From positions 32,063 to 96,062 of the forward strand of contig JAEYUG010000119.1 in the NCBI GenBank assembly GCA_023432805.1: a DNA stretch of 64,000 nucleotides, written 5' to 3'. The notes under the pieces were generated by a model. The model was not told where the DNA came from, made no database searches, and was given only the letters and a program-made list of their open reading frames with translations. Position 1 is the stretch's first letter. The number at the start of each line of letters is the position of its first letter. The position numbers and the translations under genes are program-made. Source of the stretch: Bacteroidota bacterium. GTDB lineage: Bacteria; Bacteroidota; Ignavibacteria; SZUA-365. This document shows, piece by piece, positions 38,401-47,127 of the stretch.

Positions 38401-39118
38401 TGCAGTTGCTGAAGGAACTCGGATACGAACTGAGGATGAAAATATCACTCGCGATGAACGTGAGTCCTTCACAGGGGCCGACCTGACCAGTGCTGGTGAT
38501 ATTGAGATCTCGCAGCGTGCCACCTGTCGCTGTGAATTTTCCAGGTGTCTGTTGTGCGTCCAGACTCCCATACACCTTGATCCCGAGCACCTTTCCGGCG
38601 AATGTCGCATCATAACTGACGTACCCACCTGGACGGATGTGGAAGTCACCACCCGGAACGACAGCATCACCAATGAAAACGCCGGAAGGCATGATGAACA
38701 GTGAATCGGTCAAATCCGCTTGAATGGCGACTTCGTCACGGCGTGTCAGATAGCCCTTGATTTCTCCGCCTACGACGGGACCGACTGCGGTCGCCACCAC
38801 GTTCGTCACCGGAGTGCCGCCACTTGCGGGGTATGCGCGGTACTCATAGGTGTAGTAGTTGCCCTTTACAAGGCCGTTGTCCGTCACGATTCCACCGTTC
38901 GGCCCCCCTGCGGTGATTTCACCGAGTTTTTTCGCACCTCGGAAGAACTCCACACGACTGAACTGCGGATTGGTCAGTTTGCCCAAGTACAAATCGGCTG
39001 ATGTCGGGCCGTTGTAGATGAGAATGCCGAACTGTCCGGGATTCTGTGCCTGCACGCTCCCAATCGCGAGCAGAAACAGAATGGCCGCCGACAGCGTGAA
39101 ACTAGTAGCTCTCGTCAT
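35468..39118 (-). CDS. 1216-aa secreted mosaic protein: beta-helix-like repeats, CARDB-like segment, M64-like metalloprotease-like domain (HDLGH), Asp-box, T9SS C-terminal sorting domain
   Basis: Signal peptide MTRATSFTLSAAILFLLAIGSVQA|QNPG. Cys/Asn/Thr-rich repeats at about aa 200-400. FNVVVTVDPPDAVNTKGRIIESNDNNN (CARDB-like). YFLAHDLGHSFGLRRQD at 36674-36688. SDDDGATW at 35897-35920. C-terminus FALHQNYPNPFNPTTTIVYDVP...GVYVYRLEAG. Confidence 0.85.
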   Translation of the reverse strand: MTRATSFTLSAAILFLLAIGSVQAQNPGQFGILIYNGPTSADLYLGKLTNPQFSRVEFFRGAKKLGEITAGGPNGGIVTDNGLVKGNYYTYEYRAYPASGGTPVTNVVATAVGPVVGGEIKGYLTRRDEVAIQADLTDSLFIMPSGVFIGDAVVPGGDFHIRPGGYVSYDATFAGKVLGIKVYGSLDAQQTPGKFTATGGTLRDLNITSTGQVGPCEGLTFIASDIFILSSYPSSFSNCIFTWLTDQNRNDFAFVDDKLYNITMTGCTVRNESTIQGVSQADGCIVEYDGIIRGKSFTNCTFRNNGQAQLRPTFTPTSMTHSTFQSNGSVSLSNQSTVQYNVFEATCIITISSLSAGFPSNAVDSVHINFNEFQREGVDGTIISIVDCDTIDLTKNYWGQCTGPTNSQRLGRRAHFDPFLRALYPRTSYWLDIGPDKRSITANGEDSVTFSMHMYEVLSGRDSVGARINYEFRIMGSTLTTGQAITDASGRATVSVKVPYTYKDAISLEAYFTATQCIDMAYLIAVGEPEGADLEVLEAAIIQVNEMATSIIADKSFAVRAIIGTTEAVPSPFKVRVEVNGKTYDTFYVYKKQNVGIQYQMENPVAEIALPGMESPTLIIPIPDAGLSAGPFNVVVTVDPPDAVNTKGRIIESNDNNNVLTISGTAISTRWGNDGSANATIFVQPFDNMPTGHASLLPAWRDSTLSFIERAWPMNKGQLSVTIDPRVADYQWIYPDTLRPETWQYYIMKSYKIMRTANPMYDRYVFAVHRDWFGSRLHQYDFARRLSQTLSWSGIYDLSVTSSQSHYFLAHDLGHSFGLRRQDLDPTNEDQMEQYQIAYIGLDINDGMDTSIPRVIHTGTRNKADQLQKSHCFMGNAKLANSSYNYTRWISEFEYSKLMSRQKDFTGYGNPSAGKAILVEGMVDSTTKHVSFGPWVKIDQAVYSSMMDSTYSTHTIKFLDAAGSTLSRYFYRPTFVALGLDEAGENPQFTKEYFAFVAPFSDAVKRVIVESNGSTIAERIITSNAPVVDITYPQDGSQVKASDSVIATWRATDTDGETTFWYTVYVSDDDGATWKLIYWEGQDSVATRLNVRQGSSYKLRVIASDGVNTSEKIISFSGTIVSAPTLPTPGAFALHQNYPNPFNPTTTIVYDVPSAGPVAIRILDMHGQVVRTLKESQHAAGRHTIELDARDLASGVYVYRLEAGATVITRMMHLMK
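35471..35725 (-). other. T9SS (Por) C-terminal sorting domain coding segment
   Basis: The last about 85 aa: FALHQNYPNPFNPTTTIVYDVPSAGPVAIRILDMHGQVVRTL...LASGVYVYRLEAGATVITRMMHLMK. Confidence 0.8.
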
Positions 39119-39364
39119 AAAAAAACCTCACTGGATGGATAATTGCACGACGTGAAATCTCCTGTATGGAAGGGCAGACGTCGAAACATCCGACGCAGCC
39201 AGTGCATGAGGGGAGACTACGGAGGGCTGTTGCAAGACAAACCAAAAACTACGCTGAACCATGCGGAAATGCAAGGTGAACTGAAGGCTCCTCCATCGAT
39301 TCAGAGTCCTGCATGCTGTTCCCGGGTTCTCCCGGGCATTGTAGGCAGTTTCATATATTACGCG

Positions 39365-40105
39365 ATGACTCCAATGAAGCATCATCGCATACATCACGCA
39401 CGCATCGACTCCACGAATACACATGCGCGTGCACTCGCAACCTCCGGCGCAGAAGATGGGACGATCGTCACCGCCGACTTCCAGACACAGGGGCGCGGCC
39501 GACTCGACCGAAACTGGGTCTCGCAGCCCGGCGTGAATCTTCTGGTTTCCTGCATCCTGTATCCACCTCGACCGATGGATGAGTGGGGTGGCATCCCGCT
39601 GCTGGCCGGTCTGGCTGTGGCTGACGCCGTTGAGCACGTCTCGGCCTGTACTGCCGTCCTGAAATGGCCGAACGATGTGCTTGTAAACAATAGGAAGATC
39701 GCCGGTGTGCTTGTCGAGGCCGGTCAGGGGGCACCGCGTGCCTGGTGTGTGATTGGGGTGGGGATCAATGTCAACCAGAGAGCATTCGAGGGAGCATACA
39801 GACTCGACCCCACATCACTGCTCCTCGCATCCGGCCGAATGCATGATGTGGAAGCCGTGCTCGACGGATTCCTCTCTGCACTCGACCGATGGTACGCGAT
39901 CTGGAAGGCGGAAGGGACTGCATCCATTGTCCGCTCCTGGAAACAGGGGTCCGATGTTGTCGGGTCCGTGCGGGATATCGAGGACGGGGAGTGCGTTCAA
40001 CGAGTGACCGTCCTCGATGTGAACGAGGATGGATCGTTGCTCGTGCGCCATGCTGATGACAGCCAGACACGCATGTACGCGGGTGATCTCTCCGTTGCCA
40101 TATGA
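39365..40105 (+). CDS. birA: Biotin--[acetyl-CoA-carboxylase] ligase (short form, no N-terminal HTH)
   Basis: Internal ATG of ORF 39143..40105. HHARIDSTNTHARALA...TADFQTQGRGRLDRNWVSQPGVNLLVS...KWPNDVLVNNRKIAGVLVE. 246 aa. Confidence 0.9.
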   Translation: MTPMKHHRIHHARIDSTNTHARALATSGAEDGTIVTADFQTQGRGRLDRNWVSQPGVNLLVSCILYPPRPMDEWGGIPLLAGLAVADAVEHVSACTAVLKWPNDVLVNNRKIAGVLVEAGQGAPRAWCVIGVGINVNQRAFEGAYRLDPTSLLLASGRMHDVEAVLDGFLSALDRWYAIWKAEGTASIVRSWKQGSDVVGSVRDIEDGECVQRVTVLDVNEDGSLLVRHADDSQTRMYAGDLSVAI

Positions 40106-41271
40106 CAGATCCGAGGCCCATGATGTATCTCGATCATGCTGCAACCACGCCGCTGGATCCGGAGGTGCTCGCATGCATGATGCCATATGTCACGAACGTG
40201 CAGGGGAATCCTTCATCCGTGCATGCTGCAGGCCGTCGCGCCCGCGCGGCGATCGAACGAGCTCGCGAGCAGGTGGCGTCACTGGTCGGTGCACACCCGG
40301 CAGAAGTTGTCTTCACGAGTGGAGGCACGGAGGCGGATAGCTTCGCGTTGCACATCGCAGCAGCGTTCGCCACCGGACAGCGCGCCACATGGGTGAGCTC
40401 GACTGCTGAGCACCATGCCATCCTCGTACCGATGATGCGGCGCATGAAGCGCGGCGGAGCGGTTCAACTGCTCGATGTCGATGCCACAGCGCGCGTGCCC
40501 GAGGAAGCGGTCATCAGTGCTCTGGATGAGCATGTGGCGTTGCTCTCTCTCATGCATGTCAACAACGAGACGGGCGTGGTGTGTGACATCGCCGCAATGG
40601 CGGCGCATGCACATCAGGTCGGGGCACTCTTTCACACAGACGCCGTGCAGTCCGCCGGCAAGCTCCCGCTCGATGTACATGCCATGGCGCTCGACCTCGT
40701 GTCGATCTCCGCGCACAAGCTGCAGGGACCCAAGGGTACGGGCGCGTTGATCGTTCGAAGAGGGATCGACGTCGATCCACTTCTCCCTGGTGGTGCGCAG
40801 GAACGTGGTCGGCGCGGAGGCACCGAGAATGTTGCGGCGATCGTGGGATTCGGCGCTGCGGCGCAGCGTGCTCTCGAACAGCGTGAGACGCGCGTGTCGC
40901 AATGGCTTCGCCAGCGCGGCGACTTCCTTTCGATGCTGCGTCGTACACATCCATCGATCGTGGTGAACGGCGAAGGTGCTTCCCTGCAACCCGGCATCCT
41001 CAGTGTGTCCTTTCCCTTCGCCGCGTTCGGTATCGATGGAGAGGCGCTGCTGCTGCGCATGGATCTGGAGGGGGTCGCGATCTCGAGCGGTTCGGCATGT
41101 ACGGCGGGCTCGGTGGAGGCCTCGCATGTCATGCAGGCCATCGGGCATGACGAGGCCACGGCGCGTGCAACCGTGCGGATATCCCTCGGCGCGCAGACGA
41201 CGGACGCCGAGGTGCGTGATGCTTCGGAAATATTGGTGAGGATTGTGGAGGAGATGCGGCGAAGGCCGTGA
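40102..41271 (+). CDS. Cysteine desulfurase (class V aminotransferase, NifS/IscS-like)
   Basis: 389 aa. ATGA overlap with birA. YLDHAATTPLDPEV...VVFTSGGTEADSFAL...SISAHKLQGPKGTGALIV...ISSGSACTAGS. Confidence 0.9.
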   Translation: MTDPRPMMYLDHAATTPLDPEVLACMMPYVTNVQGNPSSVHAAGRRARAAIERAREQVASLVGAHPAEVVFTSGGTEADSFALHIAAAFATGQRATWVSSTAEHHAILVPMMRRMKRGGAVQLLDVDATARVPEEAVISALDEHVALLSLMHVNNETGVVCDIAAMAAHAHQVGALFHTDAVQSAGKLPLDVHAMALDLVSISAHKLQGPKGTGALIVRRGIDVDPLLPGGAQERGRRGGTENVAAIVGFGAAAQRALEQRETRVSQWLRQRGDFLSMLRRTHPSIVVNGEGASLQPGILSVSFPFAAFGIDGEALLLRMDLEGVAISSGSACTAGSVEASHVMQAIGHDEATARATVRISLGAQTTDAEVRDASEILVRIVEEMRRRP

Positions 41272-41289
41272 AGTGTGAGGATGGCGGAC

Positions 41290-42213
41290 TCAACTGCCGT
41301 GGGAAGCCTCTCGTAACGCAACACCGTAGCGAAGTCCGCGACCGCTGATGTGGACGTGATCGACAGCGCGTGCATCCATGATCGACTGCAGAATCATAAG
41401 GCCCGCGAGAAGGATGTCAGCCCTCCCGGGATCCACATGGTATCGGCTGATCAATGCGTCGTTCGTCAGTGGACGCAGGAGTGCAACGAGCTCGTGAACC
41501 CGGGTACGCGCGAGAGTGTGGCCTGCGACAGCCGGATCGTCGATGCGTTCAACACCCAGATCGATGGCGGCCAGGCTCGTTGCCGTTCCGGCGACGGCAA
41601 CGAGGGTCGTCGTGGCTGCCTCGAAATCGGGAAACCCGCGCACTGTGTGCCGAAGGGCATCGCGCAATGCAGCATGCTCTTCGGGCAGTGGGGGAGCGTG
41701 GTGGAGAAACTGTTCGGTCATGCGTACACAACCGATGTCCATGCTCAGATGCGCGTCGAGGTGGTGTTCACTCCCGATGGCGAGTTCGGTGCTCCCGCCG
41801 CCGATGTCGAGGACGGCATAGCGTGCGGTCGGGTCCGAAGGGAAGCCGGAAACCGCACCACGGAAGGTGAGGATCGCTTCATCATCGCCACTCAGGACTT
41901 CGATGTCCACCTCGCAGCGTGCAGACATCGCCGCAAGAAAGGAATCACGATTGACGGCATCCCGTATGGCGCTTGTGCCCGTCGCAACAAGACGTGCAAC
42001 GCCGGCCGCGCGCGCCATGGCAACATAGTCTGCGAGAATGACCGCACAACGATCGAATGCATCTGTGCTGATCAGGCGAAGGGCGTCCACCTGCTGTCCC
42101 ACACGGGCAAAACGCTGTTCATCATGCAGCACGCGACGCATGCCCGATGCGTCGATGTCGCAGATCAGCAGCAGAACAGTGTTGGTTCCAATGTCGATGA
42201 CGCCGATGCGCAT
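41290..42213 (-). CDS. Ppx/GppA-family phosphatase (short form)
   Basis: Internal ATG of ORF 41290..42261. MRIGVIDIGTNTVLLLICD...LDIGGGSTELAIG. Confidence 0.85.
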   Translation of the reverse strand: MRIGVIDIGTNTVLLLICDIDASGMRRVLHDEQRFARVGQQVDALRLISTDAFDRCAVILADYVAMARAAGVARLVATGTSAIRDAVNRDSFLAAMSARCEVDIEVLSGDDEAILTFRGAVSGFPSDPTARYAVLDIGGGSTELAIGSEHHLDAHLSMDIGCVRMTEQFLHHAPPLPEEHAALRDALRHTVRGFPDFEAATTTLVAVAGTATSLAAIDLGVERIDDPAVAGHTLARTRVHELVALLRPLTNDALISRYHVDPGRADILLAGLMILQSIMDARAVDHVHISGRGLRYGVALREASHGS

Positions 42214-42221
42214 AGGAGCGA

Positions 42222-43073
42222 TCAGGCCTGTTCCCCGCGGCGAACATGCATCGCACACCATTCGTTTTCGCGCAGCGTTTCAATGTGCACGAATCCATCC
42301 GCGCTCACGGCCGCGCGCATGTCGTCGAGATCCGTCGCATAAAAACCGGAAAGAAGCAGATCAGATCCCGTATGCGTCATGCTGCGGAAGAGACCCATGA
42401 GGCCGATGTTGTCGTTGCGCGTGATGTTCGAGAGAATCATGTCGAAGACCCCGTCCCGCTCATCGACCGTGCCTTCACGGAAGAGCATGCCGTCGGCGAT
42501 TCCGTTGCGCACGCGGTTCTCTTCGGCATTGTCGAAGGACCATGCATCGATGTCGACGCCGATCACATCAGTGGCACCACAGCGTCGTGCGGCGATTGCG
42601 AGCACTCCCGTTCCCGTGCCCACGTCGAGGACGCGGCGTCCCTCGACATCGATGCCACCGAGCAGCCGCAGCATCAGGCGCGTCGTTTCGTGATACCCGG
42701 TTCCGAACGACATCTTCGGATCGATCGTCAGCACGATCGTGCCTTCGGGGGCTTCCACCGGATGCCAGCTGGGCGCGATGATGAACCGATCGGACACACG
42801 GATGGGCTGGATGCTTTCCTCCCATTCCGCATTCCAATTCTGTGGGGGGACTTCTTCGACGACTGGGACAAGATGGGGGAAGGAAGCGTCAAGCATGCCG
42901 CGAACAGCATGCGCATGCCGCGTCCATCCCTCGGCGCTGAACCAGCATGCCCAACTCGCATCCTCGTCGAGGAAGCCGAGCGGTTCGAAATCCATCAGCA
43001 TGGCCTGCGCGGTTTCTCGCGTGTCGTCGTTCGGGAAGCGTAGCTGGATGTAGGGTCTGGTCGTCGGCATCAT
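42222..43073 (-). CDS. prmA: Ribosomal protein L11 methyltransferase
   Basis: Internal ATG of ORF 42222..43229. SWHP...IDPKMSFGTGYHETTRLMLRLL...VLDVGTGTGVLAIAARRCGA. Confidence 0.9.
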   Translation of the reverse strand: MMPTTRPYIQLRFPNDDTRETAQAMLMDFEPLGFLDEDASWACWFSAEGWTRHAHAVRGMLDASFPHLVPVVEEVPPQNWNAEWEESIQPIRVSDRFIIAPSWHPVEAPEGTIVLTIDPKMSFGTGYHETTRLMLRLLGGIDVEGRRVLDVGTGTGVLAIAARRCGATDVIGVDIDAWSFDNAEENRVRNGIADGMLFREGTVDERDGVFDMILSNITRNDNIGLMGLFRSMTHTGSDLLLSGFYATDLDDMRAAVSADGFVHIETLRENEWCAMHVRRGEQA

Positions 43074-43098
43074 GGATTGGTGCAGGGAGTGCGAAAGG

Positions 43099-44100
43099 TC
43101 AGGCGGATGGCTTGTGCCCGTAGACGACATACAGCACGACACGCCCCACGTCGCGCAACGTGGCAGGGGAACATTGCTCGGGTGTATCGCGATGCGTATG
43201 CCAGTACTTGCGACGCTCGACGGGATCACTGTGTCCGACGAGCGAGGCGTCGATGATGTTCGCGGTCTTCACACCCGCCGCTGTGCTCAGGAAGACATGG
43301 TCGTCGAGAATGCCGCTGTGTGATTCGGCAACGAAACGGGGGATGGAGAGATCGCGTGCAGCCTCCCAGATCATGCGCACGACATCCGGAGCATAGCGGA
43401 GGGAGAGTTCCTCCTGCACGAAGCGCGCATCGGCATCGCCCACAAGGTCGAGAAGGATGCCGAACATCAGGCCGCTGCCAGGTGCAAGGGAGGCAGAGTA
43501 GTACTTGCTGCCCAGACAGTACATGCTTTCGTCGCCTTCGCGACCGTAGTCTTCGCCGTCGAAGAGCACGATGTCCACCCCGACCGAAGGTGGATTCTTG
43601 GCGAAGATCTCCGCCAGATGCAGCAGGACGGCCACACCGCTCGCGCCATCATTTGCACCAAGGATAGGCTCGCCTTGACGCGCTGGACTCGTTTCGCGGT
43701 CGGCTCTGGGACGCGAATCCCAATGCGCCGCGAGCAGTATGCGCTGTTTCGCAGCGGGATTGAACCGGGCAATGACATTGGTCAGTGCCAGACGCTCCCC
43801 GTCGTACCCGGGCATCTCGAAGCGCTGCAGGACGACCTCGCCGGCAAGCGGAGTCAGGAAACGTTCGAAGAACGCGAGACATGAGTCATGTGCAGGCGTG
43901 TTTGGTGCGCGCGGACCAAAGTCCGTCTGCGAACGCAGCAGTTCCATGCTTCGCGCGCCGGAAAAATCCGGCAGTGAAAAGTCGGGGGCATACACGATGG
44001 GGAGCTTCGTCTCGGATGCCTCCGAGTCCTTCTTGCCGCCGCATCCGGCAAGGAGGAACGCGCACGCAAAGACCATGGTGAACAGCGCGCGGTGCATCAT
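43099..44100 (-). CDS. Glutaminyl-peptide cyclotransferase-like M28-fold lipoprotein
   Basis: 333 aa. Lipobox AFLLAGCGG. FGPRAPNTPAH...ILLAAHWDSRPRAD...GANDGASGVAVLLHLAE...VDIVLFDGEDYG resembles Bacteroidetes type-II glutaminyl cyclases. The ATG overlaps the stop of the upstream protease (ATGA at 44097-44100). Confidence 0.75.
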   Translation of the reverse strand: MMHRALFTMVFACAFLLAGCGGKKDSEASETKLPIVYAPDFSLPDFSGARSMELLRSQTDFGPRAPNTPAHDSCLAFFERFLTPLAGEVVLQRFEMPGYDGERLALTNVIARFNPAAKQRILLAAHWDSRPRADRETSPARQGEPILGANDGASGVAVLLHLAEIFAKNPPSVGVDIVLFDGEDYGREGDESMYCLGSKYYSASLAPGSGLMFGILLDLVGDADARFVQEELSLRYAPDVVRMIWEAARDLSIPRFVAESHSGILDDHVFLSTAAGVKTANIIDASLVGHSDPVERRKYWHTHRDTPEQCSPATLRDVGRVVLYVVYGHKPSA

Positions 44101-47100
44101 TTCACCACGGTCATGGTGCGGATGAGTACCCGCGTCGGAACGCCGCCATCCGGGCCGACGCGCAGCGTGTACACGTAATGGCCGGAGGGCAGCGTGCGCG
44201 CATCAAACAGTGCTGCATGTCGCCCTGCATCCAGCGCACCATCGATCAGCGTGGCAACGTGCGTACCGAGCAGGGAATGCACCGAAAGTGTCACACGCAT
44301 CGGCGAGGGAATGCTGAATGCGATGGAACTGGTGGGATTGAAGGGATTCGGGAAATTCTGCTCCAGCCTGATCTCCTGTGGGACAGGGATGGATTCGGTC
44401 GATGATACGGCACCTGCTGATTCGAGAATCTCGAAGTCATCGAGTGCTCCCTCGACGATCGCACCCGGTGTTCCGTCGCTGACAGTGAACTGCACCACGA
44501 AAGAATCGGTCAGTGAGAGATGCTGTTCCAGACGAACGATCTGGACATTCCACTGCGGGTCGTGCTGACGCGAGTATTCGAGAGACTTCCATGTCACGCC
44601 GCCGTCATCGCTGATGCGTGACGTCCATCGACCGGAGCCGGTTCCTCCCGAAGCAAGGTAGTTCGAGAACCAGCGATAATAGCGTATGATCGGTGCGTTC
44701 ATCCCACGCAGGTCGTACATGCGCGATGTAAGAACCGTCTTCCCTGCATCGACATCGTTTTCATCCATGCCGAACACCGCCTGGGCATTCCCTGTCACCC
44801 AGCATGCGCCGGTTCCGTCGACAGAGGTGTTGTCGGCATTAGGCTGCAGCCACGTGACATCCGGTGGCGTGCCGCGGTCCTTGTCGTAGGTCCCGATGGG
44901 ACGTGCGCGCACCCACGCTCCGGACGAAGCATCGGTATTCGTCGTCCAGCCACCTTCCGTCTCGAAGGTTTCATTGATGCGTGAACGGAATCCCACGAGA
45001 AACAGGTAACTGGTAGTGGCCGGGATGCGGGTGGCCGAACCATAGGCATCCGCAACCTCGACGTAGTAGCGCACGATGCTGCCTGCGGGCTGGGCGGGAA
45101 ACACACCGGCAAACACCCGGGTCTGTTGATCGATCGCGAGCTCGACGGTATCCGACGTCTTCCAGTCATCGATCGTGTAGCGGATGCGCGCATGAGCAAG
45201 CTGCATCAGGTTCTCGATGATGGACTGGGAGAAGGAAACGCTGCCCGACACGGGATATCCGCTCGTGTCCGCCGCCTGATCGGTCAAGGGGACATGCGCC
45301 AGGGTCATTGCCGAAGCCGGAATACCGTGACGCACGAATGCTTCGACGATCGCAGGGGAGTTGGGTGTCCCGTTCGAGAGGTCGCCGTCATCGTCGTCAG
45401 CGGCGAGTATCTCCAGAAAATAATCCGCGAATGCATCACCGTGATTCGCACCATCCGGAACGGCATTGCGCGCTTCGTGTGTCAGTCGGCGGGAGAGATC
45501 GATTCCGATCGCCTCACGCATGTCCCATACGGCACCAGTCAGAATCATGCCGTCGGTGTGAATCTCACCGACAAGGTTCTGCGGAAAGCGAAGAGTGTTA
45601 TCCGAATTCCGGATGGTTCCGTCACCGCTGCCCTTCATGAACCCGATCCCGATGCGGGGATCGTCACGCAGCATGTTTGCAGTGATGTCTGCGGTCGCCT
45701 CGCTCAAGGCCCCGTCACGCATGCTGCGGCCGGTGACTTTTGAGTAAATGAAGGTGTTGATTGCATGCCCGTACTCATGGTAGATCACATCGGGAATCTC
45801 ACCCGTATTGCCACAATCGGATACACCGTTCATGCCGGCCCGTGCGAAGTTCACGCTGCGACCGTTCCAGAACGCATTGCAAATGATGTCGCCCTTGTTG
45901 ACGATGCCGTCCATCTGCTTGTCGAGCGAGGCGAGCAGCGGACCCGCGTCATAACTGCGCGTGAAGTCACGCACCACGTTCATGTGAAAGAACACCGACC
46001 GCTCGGCCGCGTTCGAATTACTGTCATCCCAGTGGATCTCGACGACTTGTCCGGGCTGAACCGCCTGCAGGATCGAAGCAGTGCGCTGCGTCTGCGAACT
46101 GTCGGCACGTCGAGCGCGCGCATAGGGTCCCGACAAGCGCGTGACAAGCGTCGCGGTTGGAGCGGCGCCGATGTCCACTGAAAAACGACCGAGCGAATCA
46201 GTTGTCACGGTCGTACCGGCAATTGCCACATGCTGGTTGCGCACAGGCATGATCGTGTCGCCCCACATCCACGAATCGATCGGAACGCGCATCGTCACAC
46301 GGCCGTTCACAACCGATGTCGTCGCGTTGCCGGGACCGTCATCCCCGCGGAACTGCATGATCAGATTCCGACGCCAGAGTACCACACCGCTCGAGGCATC
46401 AACATACGTGTCCCAGTGTTCGTCGTCATGAAGCCTGACGAGCACATTCCGCACAAGGCGATGCTCCACCCGATCGGCATGCATGAGGGGAAGCACATGC
46501 ACACCGCGATCCTCGAATGCCTCTGCCGCAGGTTCCTCGAGGAAGCCGGCCGTGGCGAATCCACGCGCGGCTTCCGCACCGATTTCAGGCACCTCGACGG
46601 CATCAATCGCGGCGAAGGCATCCGATCCAAACAGAAAGACGCGGGCATCCCGCGTCATGCGTACGCGTACATGCGCGTTCAAGACGTCCATGCCGCGCCA
46701 GGTCTGGATGAACTGCGCATGCGCCTTGTCGCCCACGAAATGCGCGGAGAGCAGACGCACCTGCGAGGGATCCACGTTGAGCATGGCGGCATGCGCACGC
46801 AGAAAACTCCATGCTGCCGCTGCGATGCTCTCCTGGTCATGCACGTGCGTGTGACCTTCGATCCGGATGCCGCGACCCCATGCGCGATGGGGACTCCCCG
46901 TGCGCGTGTCCACCTGGAATTCCCAGTCCGGATGTGCCTGCGCAAAGCGACCCAGGGCCGAGCCCAGCTTGGAAAATGCTGCCGAAGGCGCAGTACGCCA
47001 TGTCGTGTGCGTGATCGTTTCATCGGGCAGACGCACCCGAAGCGTCTCGTCGCCGTGCGCGATGGCGAGCGTGGAACAGCAAAGAAGAAGTCCGAGAATG

Positions 47101-47117
47101 AGGGAAGGTGCTTTCAC
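44097..47117 (-). CDS. Secreted thermolysin-like (M4/M36-type gluzincin) zinc metalloprotease with propeptide and T9SS C-terminal domain
   Basis: 1006 aa, GTG start. Signal peptide ...STLAIA|HGDE. FTP-like propeptide. ICNAFWNGRSVNF...DVIYHEYGHAINTF (HEYGH at 45765-45779)...GALSEATADI. Asp-box SDDGGVTW at 44589-44612. C-terminus LEQNFPNPFNPTSSIAF...GHYVYTLRV. Confidence 0.85.
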   Translation of the reverse strand: MKAPSLILGLLLCCSTLAIAHGDETLRVRLPDETITHTTWRTAPSAAFSKLGSALGRFAQAHPDWEFQVDTRTGSPHRAWGRGIRIEGHTHVHDQESIAAAAWSFLRAHAAMLNVDPSQVRLLSAHFVGDKAHAQFIQTWRGMDVLNAHVRVRMTRDARVFLFGSDAFAAIDAVEVPEIGAEAARGFATAGFLEEPAAEAFEDRGVHVLPLMHADRVEHRLVRNVLVRLHDDEHWDTYVDASSGVVLWRRNLIMQFRGDDGPGNATTSVVNGRVTMRVPIDSWMWGDTIMPVRNQHVAIAGTTVTTDSLGRFSVDIGAAPTATLVTRLSGPYARARRADSSQTQRTASILQAVQPGQVVEIHWDDSNSNAAERSVFFHMNVVRDFTRSYDAGPLLASLDKQMDGIVNKGDIICNAFWNGRSVNFARAGMNGVSDCGNTGEIPDVIYHEYGHAINTFIYSKVTGRSMRDGALSEATADITANMLRDDPRIGIGFMKGSGDGTIRNSDNTLRFPQNLVGEIHTDGMILTGAVWDMREAIGIDLSRRLTHEARNAVPDGANHGDAFADYFLEILAADDDDGDLSNGTPNSPAIVEAFVRHGIPASAMTLAHVPLTDQAADTSGYPVSGSVSFSQSIIENLMQLAHARIRYTIDDWKTSDTVELAIDQQTRVFAGVFPAQPAGSIVRYYVEVADAYGSATRIPATTSYLFLVGFRSRINETFETEGGWTTNTDASSGAWVRARPIGTYDKDRGTPPDVTWLQPNADNTSVDGTGACWVTGNAQAVFGMDENDVDAGKTVLTSRMYDLRGMNAPIIRYYRWFSNYLASGGTGSGRWTSRISDDGGVTWKSLEYSRQHDPQWNVQIVRLEQHLSLTDSFVVQFTVSDGTPGAIVEGALDDFEILESAGAVSSTESIPVPQEIRLEQNFPNPFNPTSSIAFSIPSPMRVTLSVHSLLGTHVATLIDGALDAGRHAALFDARTLPSGHYVYTLRVGPDGGVPTRVLIRTMTVVK
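44100..44375 (-). other. T9SS C-terminal sorting domain coding segment
   Basis: EIRLEQNFPNPFNPTSSIAFSIPSPMRVTLSVHSLLGTHVATL...LPSGHYVYTLRVG...RTMTVVK. Confidence 0.8.
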
Positions 47118-47127
47118 GTTCTGCCGT

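Noticed and set aside
39321-39336. The CCCGGGTTCTCCCGGG hairpin/palindrome upstream of birA, considered as a BirA operator.
   Set aside because: This BirA is the short 246-aa form without the N-terminal winged-helix DNA-binding domain, so a bioO-type operator is not expected. The palindrome is short and made of GC-rich hexamers.
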